A stretch of 13,315 nt of DNA from Sulfurimonadaceae bacterium. GTDB taxonomy: Bacteria; Campylobacterota; Campylobacteria; Campylobacterales; Sulfurimonadaceae. The DNA is taken from positions 1 to 13,315 of the forward strand of contig JBFEXS010000063.1 in NCBI GenBank assembly GCA_041562555.1, written 5' to 3'. A program made the position numbers and the translations under genes. Positions 6,415 to 13,315 of the stretch are shown here, piece by piece (positions within the stretch are counted from its first letter, which is position 1; the number at the start of each line of letters is the position of its first letter). The notes beneath the pieces are model-generated. The model was not told the origin of the DNA, searched no databases, and worked only from the letters and a program-made list of their open reading frames with translations.

Positions 6415-8382
6415 ATGGCATCACTTTTTTCATGGTTTAGTTCTAAACTGAAAAACCAGGGACCAACGGCGTCTATCACGGCGTCTATGGAAAAAGATGG
6501 ATATGTGTCGAAAGAGCTCTTTTACGAGATTTTAGACTTGGAGACAAACGCGATTTTGTTTTTTACAAAAGATGAGGGCTGGATTGGCGCTAATAAAGCC
6601 TTTTTTAACCGTTTTGACTTTGATAATATTGCTGACTTCCGCGCGAAGCATGAGAGTATTCGTGAACTGTTTGTCGAAGAATCCGAAGAGGTGTTTACCG
6701 AATATGATAAATCCTGGCTGGATTATATCCGTATTCATAAAGAGGAAGGATATCGTGTCGTCCTGAAAGACAAGGATGAGAATGATATCCCTTGTCGCGT
6801 CAAAGCACGTAAGATACGCCAGGCCGGAAAAGACCTGTATGTCTTGGAACTGGAGGATATTTCCGAACTCGAGGAAGCGAGGCTTAAGACTCAGGAAGTA
6901 GAACGTCTTAAAAGCAAGTTCCTTTCAAATATCGGGCATGAGTTTAGAACCCCTATGAACGGGATTCTTGGTTTTATTGAGTTGATGGAAAAAAACAATG
7001 CTGATCATCAGCAGAGTGAATATCTGCAGATGATCAATATCTCTGCACGCAACTTGATGTCCAATATCGAGTCCCTACTTGACCTTGCGCAGATGCAAGG
7101 CGGCCGTCTGAAACTTAATGAGAGTGAGTTCAACCCGATTGCCGAGATGGAAGAGTTGGCGAGATTACATGCCGTTGAAGGAAGAAATAAAGGTATTCAA
7201 ACCTACTTTTATATCGATCCGAAACTACCGCAGTATATGACTGGAGATCTGCGAAAATTGAAGCAGATCCTGAATAACCTTATCAACAACGCCCTTAAAT
7301 TCACCAAACGCGGTGGTAAAGTGACGATTGAGGTAAAACTTGTTCAGCGCAATAATGATGGTACCTGCAGTATCGGTTTCGGGGTCAAAGACACGGGCAA
7401 GGGTATCCTGAAAGAGCATCTTGCAATGATCACACAGCCATTTGTCGCAGGAGACCAGGCAGACAATCGTCTGGGTGTTGGTCTGAGCCTTTCTCATGGC
7501 TTGATCAAGATGATGGGGGGTGATCTCAAGATTCAATCCGAAGTCGAAAAAGGCTCCTCATTTACTTTTGCACTTAGCTTCTCATGTTCTGAAGCACAGT
7601 CATTTCAAGTGGTTCAAAACAAGACGGCCAAAGTCGTACTGCTGGATGAGGAACGTGTGGAGGATGCAAATCAGTTGACGATGTATCTGCGTTCTTTCTC
7701 TATGAATGTGATCAAGGTCAATGAGATCGATGACAAGATCTATGAAGGGGCCGATCTGGTCTACTTGATCGCATCACAGGATAAGCCAGGCTGGATGTTG
7801 AAACTTTCGACCTTCGCAAAACGTGGCAAGACGATTTTAGTTATCAATCCGGGTGAACAGGTGCAAACGAAGATGGCTCATATTATTGACCATACCTTTG
7901 TCAAGCCGATGATCCCGTCGAAGATCGCAAATCATTTAGCGAAGATTTTACGTCTGCCTAAATCGGCTCCGGTACTTCAGGAAGCGCAAACACGCAAGGA
8001 GGCGATTAAGGCATTGGTTGTTGAAGACAATCTGATCAATCAACGTCTGATCAAGATCCTCTTACAAGAGTATAATCTTGAGGTGACGACAGCCAGTGAC
8101 GGAGAAGAAGCGGTCAACCTGTGTATGAGCAATGAATACAATATCATCTTTATGGATATTGACATGCCGGTTAAAGATGGTATTTTGGCAACACAGGAGA
8201 TCAAGCAACAGCGTAACCCGGCTAAAACACGGCCGATGCCAATTGTAGCATTGACCGCTTTGGCGATGGAAGGTGATAGAGAGCATATCCTGGAAGAGGG
8301 TCTGGATGATTATCTTTCAAAACCGTTAACGCGCGAAAAGTTGGAGTATGTACTGCAAAAGCATCTACATTTAAGTTTTTAG
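6415..8382 (+). CDS. Soluble hybrid sensor histidine kinase/response regulator 1 (PAS-like, HisKA, HATPase, pseudo-REC, REC)
   Basis: H-box IGHEFRTPMNG, N-box QILNNLINNALKFT, G1 KDTGKGI, degenerate G2 NRLGVGL. C-terminal receiver has VVEDN / FMDIDMP / ALTA / SKP intact. The N-terminal PAS-like domain ends in EDIS. No hydrophobic TM segment. Confidence 0.92.
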   Translation: MASLFSWFSSKLKNQGPTASITASMEKDGYVSKELFYEILDLETNAILFFTKDEGWIGANKAFFNRFDFDNIADFRAKHESIRELFVEESEEVFTEYDKSWLDYIRIHKEEGYRVVLKDKDENDIPCRVKARKIRQAGKDLYVLELEDISELEEARLKTQEVERLKSKFLSNIGHEFRTPMNGILGFIELMEKNNADHQQSEYLQMINISARNLMSNIESLLDLAQMQGGRLKLNESEFNPIAEMEELARLHAVEGRNKGIQTYFYIDPKLPQYMTGDLRKLKQILNNLINNALKFTKRGGKVTIEVKLVQRNNDGTCSIGFGVKDTGKGILKEHLAMITQPFVAGDQADNRLGVGLSLSHGLIKMMGGDLKIQSEVEKGSSFTFALSFSCSEAQSFQVVQNKTAKVVLLDEERVEDANQLTMYLRSFSMNVIKVNEIDDKIYEGADLVYLIASQDKPGWMLKLSTFAKRGKTILVINPGEQVQTKMAHIIDHTFVKPMIPSKIANHLAKILRLPKSAPVLQEAQTRKEAIKALVVEDNLINQRLIKILLQEYNLEVTTASDGEEAVNLCMSNEYNIIFMDIDMPVKDGILATQEIKQQRNPAKTRPMPIVALTALAMEGDREHILEEGLDDYLSKPLTREKLEYVLQKHLHLSF

Positions 8383-8412
8383 TAAAACCGGAAAAATCAG
8401 GGAAAATTGCCT

Positions 8413-10359
8413 ATGCATGAATTAAAAGAGCATCTACCACAAAGTGTCACAGAGTTTACCGAAGAGATATTAGAGCTTGAAAGTGCGATTGTCATCGTTA
8501 TTGACAAAAAAGTAGGTGTTGTAGGAGCTAACAGTGCTTTTACGAATTATTTACCATTCAAGAGTTTGAAAGAGTTTTCTCAAAAACATAATGATATCAG
8601 TGAGCTTTTTGTCCCTTCATCAGAGACCATCAGTTCCGAAAAACCGTTTATGTGGTTGTATGAGGTCCTTAAAGCACCGCGCAAAAAGCATAAGGTAAAG
8701 ATGCTGGATGTGAAAGGAAAAAAACGTCTTTTTGAGGTGAAGGTCAAAGAGGTGGTTGCCGAAGGTAAAAATCTTTTCATAGCCCAGTTTGATGATGTCT
8801 CAGCCTTTGAGAAAGCAAAACAGGCGCAAACGTATTTTGAAGAGTTCAAACAGAAGTTTTTAACTTCGATGTCCCATGAGTTCAGGACGCCGATGAACGG
8901 TATCATCGGTTTTGTGGATCTGTTGGAGCGTACGGATACCAATCGTATTCAAAAAGAGTATATCTCTTTGATCTCCCACTCTGCACAGGCGATGATGCAC
9001 AATGTCGAAAACCTGCTTGAACTGGCACAGATAGAGAGCGGCCAGATCAAGATCCACGAAAAGAGTGTCAACCTTATCGAGTTGATGGAAAGTTTTTCCT
9101 TGGGATTTTGCGATGCAGCCAAAGAGAAGGATATACAGCTTCTTTTTTACATCGATCCTCTTTTACCCCAAGAGTTGGTGGCCGATGGAAATAAGATCAA
9201 AAAAGTTTTATCCAATCTCATTAAAAATGCCATTAAATATACGAATGCGAAAGGGCAGGTCTATATTGAGGTCCGTGCCAATGATACGGGAGATAAAGAT
9301 GAAATCCTTGTTGAGTACTCCGTTACGGATACGGGTGTCGGTATAGATCATAAACGGCTCTCGACGATCATCCGTCCGTTTGCTTCGGCAAAGGATAATC
9401 AATCCAGAGGTAAAGATGGCTTGGGGGTAGGTCTGTCTGTCTGTTATAAGCTGACAGAGATGATGGGTTCAAAGTTAAAAGTTGCAACAGAGGTAGGAAA
9501 GGGGAGCCGCTTTAGTTTCTCGATCAAACATCAAAGCAATAATCTTGCTGCCTTTGAGTTTGTCAAAGGTTCTCGGGTGGCGATCTGGGCGGAAGACCAT
9601 TATACGGTCTTGTATTCAAAACTTCTCAAGGAGTATCTAAGCCACTTTGGTGTCGATGTGATCGAGGTCGATGGCTTGGTAAATAAAGAACTTACGAACT
9701 GCGATGCGGTCTTCATTGTGACAGATCATCTTTCTGCATCTCGGGTAAAATCCATCAAATCACAATATAGAAATCTTCAGATCATACCTGTGATCAACCC
9801 TTCTATCGAGAGTAAGTTCAAATCGATCGCGTCCGAAGTGGATGATATCCTGATCAAACCTCTTCTTCCAAACAAGGTGTATGAGACATTGAATGTCGTT
9901 TGGAAAAAAGTACCTCCTGAACTATTGAAAAAAGTAGAGCTTAAACCGGAAAAACCGAAAAAAGCGCTTCTGGATCTGACAATCCTGGTAGCTGAAGACA
10001 ACCCTATCAACCTGAAATTGATCGAAACACTTCTCTCCCAATATAAACTCAAAGTACGTACCGTGGTGAATGGCAAAGAGGCAGTAGACACTTATGATAA
10101 AGAGAAGAACTTCGATCTTGTGTTCATGGATATCGATATGCCTGTCATGGACGGTATCACAGCTACACGTATGATCAAAGAGATTGAAAAACGTGATTCG
10201 AGAGTACACACACCGGTGATCGCTTTGACTGCACATGGTCTTGCGGGAGACAGGGAACGTATCATCGGAGCCGGTCTTGATGATCATTTCCCTAAGCCTT
10301 TAGACCGTGCAAAATTGGAACTGGTATTAAAACAGTATCTTGATTTGGATATAAATTAA
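8413..10359 (+). CDS. Soluble hybrid sensor histidine kinase/response regulator 2 (paralog of the upstream gene)
   Basis: H-box MSHEFRTPMNG, N-box VLSNLIKNAIKYT, G1 TDTGVGI, G2 DGLGVGL. Receiver has VAEDN / FMDIDMP / ALTA / PKP. No TM segment. ATG 8413 is preferred over TTG 8407 on spacing from AGGGA. Confidence 0.92.
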   Translation: MHELKEHLPQSVTEFTEEILELESAIVIVIDKKVGVVGANSAFTNYLPFKSLKEFSQKHNDISELFVPSSETISSEKPFMWLYEVLKAPRKKHKVKMLDVKGKKRLFEVKVKEVVAEGKNLFIAQFDDVSAFEKAKQAQTYFEEFKQKFLTSMSHEFRTPMNGIIGFVDLLERTDTNRIQKEYISLISHSAQAMMHNVENLLELAQIESGQIKIHEKSVNLIELMESFSLGFCDAAKEKDIQLLFYIDPLLPQELVADGNKIKKVLSNLIKNAIKYTNAKGQVYIEVRANDTGDKDEILVEYSVTDTGVGIDHKRLSTIIRPFASAKDNQSRGKDGLGVGLSVCYKLTEMMGSKLKVATEVGKGSRFSFSIKHQSNNLAAFEFVKGSRVAIWAEDHYTVLYSKLLKEYLSHFGVDVIEVDGLVNKELTNCDAVFIVTDHLSASRVKSIKSQYRNLQIIPVINPSIESKFKSIASEVDDILIKPLLPNKVYETLNVVWKKVPPELLKKVELKPEKPKKALLDLTILVAEDNPINLKLIETLLSQYKLKVRTVVNGKEAVDTYDKEKNFDLVFMDIDMPVMDGITATRMIKEIEKRDSRVHTPVIALTAHGLAGDRERIIGAGLDDHFPKPLDRAKLELVLKQYLDLDIN

Positions 10360-10386
10360 TCTTGGTTAAGAATCTTTAACTATAAT
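10356..10386 (+). promoter_or_regulatory. Sigma70-type promoter of peb4: three TTAA at a 10-bp period, then TATAAT
   Basis: TTAA at 10356, 10366 and 10376; TATAAT at 10381-10386; SD AAGGA precedes ATG 10442. Confidence 0.65.
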
Positions 10387-10441
10387 TGAGATGTTTTTAT
10401 AGAGAATAGATGAATACTATACAAAAACTTGAAGGAAAAGA

Positions 10442-11272
10442 ATGAAAAAAGTTATCTTAGCATTGGCAGCAGCAGGTGCAGTTTATGCGGGTACAGTCGT
10501 GACTGTAAATGGAAAAAATATTACTGACGCAGAAGTTCAAGAAGTATTGATGCAAGGAACACAAGGACGTTACAATCAACTTCCGGCAGAAAAAAAGGCA
10601 GAATTGTCCCAACGTGTAATTGATGGCCTCATTTCTCAAGAACTGGTTTTCTCGGATGCAAAGAAAATCGGTGTATTAGAGAGCGCTGAGTATAAAAAAG
10701 AGCTTGAGAAGGTACTTGAGCGTGTCAAGGTACAATTGGCTTCAAAGGTATGGGAAAAACGTCAATTTGAAAAAGTAAAAGTCAGCGATAAAGAGATCAA
10801 AGAGTATTACAAGACACATCCTGAAGAGTTTAGTGAAAAAGAGAAGGTACGTGCTTCACATATTCTATTGAAAACAGAGTCTGAAGCCAAAGCCGTGACG
10901 AAAGAACTTGCCGGTCTGAAAGGCGGTGCATTGAATGCGAAGTTTGCAGAACTGGCTAAAGCAAAGTCGACAGGACCAAGCGGACCAAAAGGCGGAGACC
11001 TCGGTTTCTTTGGCCAGGGACAGATGGTCCCAAGTTTCAATGATGCTGCATTTTCAATGAAAAAAGGCGAAATCACGAAAACACCGGTCAAATCACAGTT
11101 CGGATATCATGTGATTCTTGTAACAGATAAGCAAGAAGCAAAAGACCTTCCATTTGATGAAGTAAAAGGTTTTATCGACCAAAAACTGAAAGTTGAGGTC
11201 TTTAAAGAGCAGATGCAGGCAAAGATGGCCGAGCTCAAGAAAAAAGCCAAGATCACTTACGCGAAAAAGTAG
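10442..11272 (+). CDS. peb4: Periplasmic parvulin-type peptidyl-prolyl cis-trans isomerase/chaperone, PEB4/Cbf2-like
   Basis: Sec signal MKKVILALAAAGAVYA|GTV; TVNGKNIT N-terminus; PpiC motifs RASHILL, FAELAKAKS, GGDLGFF and KSQFGYHVI. The ELAGLKGGALNAKF segment is like C. jejuni PEB4 as I recall it. Confidence 0.9.
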   Translation: MKKVILALAAAGAVYAGTVVTVNGKNITDAEVQEVLMQGTQGRYNQLPAEKKAELSQRVIDGLISQELVFSDAKKIGVLESAEYKKELEKVLERVKVQLASKVWEKRQFEKVKVSDKEIKEYYKTHPEEFSEKEKVRASHILLKTESEAKAVTKELAGLKGGALNAKFAELAKAKSTGPSGPKGGDLGFFGQGQMVPSFNDAAFSMKKGEITKTPVKSQFGYHVILVTDKQEAKDLPFDEVKGFIDQKLKVEVFKEQMQAKMAELKKKAKITYAKK

Positions 11273-11278
11273 TCTGTA

Positions 11279-12157
11279 TTGCTTCCCTCGAGAATCGACA
11301 AGGTTCATTTTAGAGGAAGGCATTTTTATGTTAAACGCGATGACCTGATAGACAGTTGTCTCTCAGGTAACAAATATCGAAAACTCTACACCCTTCTTCA
11401 TACTCCAAAACAAACATATACCAGAATCATCTCCTATGGCGGAGCGCAATCCAACGCCATGTACGCTATTGCCTGTTTGTGCCGACAAAAGGGATGGGAG
11501 TTTCATTACTATACGAAAAGCCTACCTCAATATTTAAAGGATGGTATTGAGGGAAATCTCGAATTTGCTTTGCAAGAGGGAATGATCCTCCATGAAGTAT
11601 CGCATGAACTGTATGCTTCCAAGGTAGAGGAGTTACAGGGCGTAAGAAATGATAAAACCTTATTGATCTCTCAAGGTGGAGCGGATGCTTTGGCAAAAGA
11701 GGGAGTCTATCTGCTGGCAGATGAGATCAATCAGTGGAAAAAGAAGACAGATCTAGACAAGCTTAATGTAGTTTTACCAAGCGGTACAGGGACAACGGCA
11801 CTCTATCTGAATGAGGTTTTGGGGGATGGGATTACACTGTTTACCTCTGTCTTGGTAGGGGATGAAGCATACCAGGTCAAACAGTGGCAAAAACTTTCTA
11901 ACCCCCCTTATCCCCAAATATTTAAAACAGACAAAAAGAGACGGTTTGCAATGCCTTATCCCGAGTATCTGAAGGTCCAGCAAGAATTGCATGATGAGAC
12001 AGGGATAGTTTTTGATCTCATCTATGCCCCATTGACTTGGTTACAGATGTGTGAACAATTAGGTGAAGATACAGAGATTCTCTATATCCATACCGGTGGA
12101 GTGTCCGGAAACAAGACTATGCTTGAAAGATACGTGTATAAACAGAGAAAATATTAA
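11279..12157 (+). CDS. PLP-dependent enzyme of the ACC deaminase/D-cysteine desulfhydrase family
   Basis: KRDDL...SGNKYRKL (PLP lysine), SYGGAQSNA, phosphate loop PSGTGTTA, DLIY and YIHTGG. The TTG start is uncertain because there is no SD, but an in-frame stop lies 6 nt upstream, so the ORF cannot extend further. Confidence 0.88.
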   Translation: MLPSRIDKVHFRGRHFYVKRDDLIDSCLSGNKYRKLYTLLHTPKQTYTRIISYGGAQSNAMYAIACLCRQKGWEFHYYTKSLPQYLKDGIEGNLEFALQEGMILHEVSHELYASKVEELQGVRNDKTLLISQGGADALAKEGVYLLADEINQWKKKTDLDKLNVVLPSGTGTTALYLNEVLGDGITLFTSVLVGDEAYQVKQWQKLSNPPYPQIFKTDKKRRFAMPYPEYLKVQQELHDETGIVFDLIYAPLTWLQMCEQLGEDTEILYIHTGGVSGNKTMLERYVYKQRKY

Positions 12158-12224
12158 AATAGATAAAGAATATTTTATTATCATGTTTATATTTAATGTA
12201 ATCAGATGTAGAAGAGGAAGACAT

Positions 12225-13315
12225 ATGAGAATTGGAATTTTGCTATTTGTTTTTACTATCAATTGTTTCGCATCACCCGTATGGTATGAAGAACGGCAGT
12301 ATAAAAATAATAACAGTATTTACTTTGGTTATGGAGAGGGAGACACCAGTGCACAGGCGCGAAAAAATGCTTTGTCTGAAATTAGTGATACAATTGAGAT
12401 AAAAGTAGCCAGTACATTTTTATCGGTAAACAAGCAATACAGCGATGACAGTGAACGATATGTAAAAGCACTTATAAAAACAAAAAGTCAGGCAGTCCTA
12501 AAAAATGCTGTTATAGTAAAAGAAGAGAAATCGTGGGGAAAATATTATCTTGTAGTGAAATATGTAGAGCCTGCACCTGATTGGTTTCGGAAACGAGATA
12601 TAGATTATTTTCTTTTTTCGACATTAGGATATGGTAGTGGAGTTGATGAAAAAAGTGCATTACAAGCAGCTTTTTATGATTTGGCGGCACAGTTGTCGGT
12701 AAAGATAGAAGGTGGGCTTTCAATTGAAGAAAAGGTTGAAAATGGAGAGTCTACTAGAACAAGCAGTTTTCAAACAAAAACAAGTGTTGATTTGCAAATA
12801 AATCAAGCTAAGGTCATTAAAACACAAAAGAAAGGAAATGAATATTTTACAGTAGTTGGATATCAGATGAAGCCAAAAGAGGTCTGTGTCAACGCACAAA
12901 ACCCATTTCTTACATCTTCACCTCTTATTAAAGATGCAAATACCTTCACTAATTGTCAGTATGATTATGAATTACGCTATCAAGCGGATGCATGGTATTT
13001 AAGTTATAAGTCTATTTTGGAGCGAGTAGGAGAACAATCCTTCGATAAGCTCTTTCAAACGGTGAAAAATAAAAATATAGTGTTGACGAGTAAAAAACAA
13101 ACATATGTTGAAGGTGAATTGTTTAGCCTGAATATTTTGAGTAGGGTTACAGGTTATTTGAGTTTAATTGTTGTGTATGAAGATGGAAGGGTAGGCGTTT
13201 TATTAAAAAATTATTATTTAAACAGGAATGAAAATATTGTTTTTCCTGATACCCTTGAGTCCTTAGAAATGGAAGTAGGCTTGAATGAATCAAATAAAGC
13301 AACCAAAGATCTTTA
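12225..13315 (+). CDS. Secreted protein with two tandem LPP20-like domains and a C-terminal DUF4384-like domain; 3' end lies outside the window
   Basis: Absent from the ORF track because no stop falls in the window. I translated it by hand: ATG 12225 after SD GAGGAAG, open for 363 codons to the window end. It begins MRIGILLFVFTINCFA|SPVWYEERQ (Sec signal), then has two P-x-W...GYGxG...A...A...K repeats, then TYVEGELFSLNILSRVTGYLSLIVVYEDGRVGVLL...IVFP (DUF4384-like pattern). Domain names are recognition, not a search. Confidence 0.85.
   Translation, partial: MRIGILLFVFTINCFASPVWYEERQYKNNNSIYFGYGEGDTSAQARKNALSEISDTIEIKVASTFLSVNKQYSDDSERYVKALIKTKSQAVLKNAVIVKEEKSWGKYYLVVKYVEPAPDWFRKRDIDYFLFSTLGYGSGVDEKSALQAAFYDLAAQLSVKIEGGLSIEEKVENGESTRTSSFQTKTSVDLQINQAKVIKTQKKGNEYFTVVGYQMKPKEVCVNAQNPFLTSSPLIKDANTFTNCQYDYELRYQADAWYLSYKSILERVGEQSFDKLFQTVKNKNIVLTSKKQTYVEGELFSLNILSRVTGYLSLIVVYEDGRVGVLLKNYYLNRNENIVFPDTLESLEMEVGLNESNKATKDL
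12276..12863 (+). repeat. Intragenic tandem domain duplication, period exactly 300 nt (100 aa)
   Basis: P18/P118, W20/W120, G35-Y36-G37-x-G39/G135-Y136-G137-x-G139, A45/A145, A49/A149, K60/K160, Y107/Y207, V110-V111/V210-V211 and Y113/Y213 align with no gaps. Copies lie at about 12276-12563 and 12576-12863. The DNA is strongly diverged. Confidence 0.85.

Noticed and set aside
11270..11281. Programmed stop-codon readthrough fusing PEB4 to the PLP enzyme
   Set aside because: Being in the same frame has a 1-in-3 chance. Fusing an exported chaperone to a cytoplasmic PLP enzyme makes little sense, and no recoding signal is evident.
14..12723. The many 60-123-aa alternative-frame and antisense ORFs in the track (e.g. 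1136-1507, 5727-6035, 8580-8942, 9922-10287, 12511-12723)
   Set aside because: All lie wholly or mostly within well-supported genes and show no recognisable motifs. They are consistent with shadow ORFs.
1..13315. CRISPR array, tRNA/rRNA, IS/integrase or riboswitch
   Set aside because: The window is almost fully coding (largest gap about 154 nt), with no repeat-spacer array, cloverleaf or transposase/recombinase motif. mgtE overlaps the upstream gene, leaving no room for an M-box leader.

Overview
Bacterial chromosomal window. Gene content and order, and promoter style (TG-N/TATAAT -10 boxes with helically phased TTAA and no clear -35), point to Campylobacterota, probably a free-living Sulfurovum/Sulfurimonas-like organism (inference). 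From left to right: a 5'-truncated M23 peptidoglycan endopeptidase (Csd3/HdpA-like), mgtE, a NUDT14-like NUDIX hydrolase and cmoA; a small convergent lipoprotein; pepD coupled to a DUF3568-like lipoprotein; nth on the minus strand, apparently leaderless; two tandem paralogous soluble hybrid histidine kinases (PAS-like/HisKA/HATPase/pseudo-REC/REC); a PEB4/Cbf2 parvulin PPIase; and an ACC-deaminase/D-cysteine-desulfhydrase-family PLP enzyme. The last gene is missing from the ORF track: a 3'-truncated, AT-rich gene for a secreted protein with two ungapped 100-aa LPP20-like repeats and a DUF4384-like domain. The best candidates for undescribed biology are (i) the membrane-less hybrid kinase pair between nth and peb4, one member of which has a shortened ATP lid and degenerate G2 box, and (ii) the AT-rich LPP20x2-DUF4384 gene, which may begin an accessory island. 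No RNA genes, CRISPR arrays or mobile-element genes were seen.
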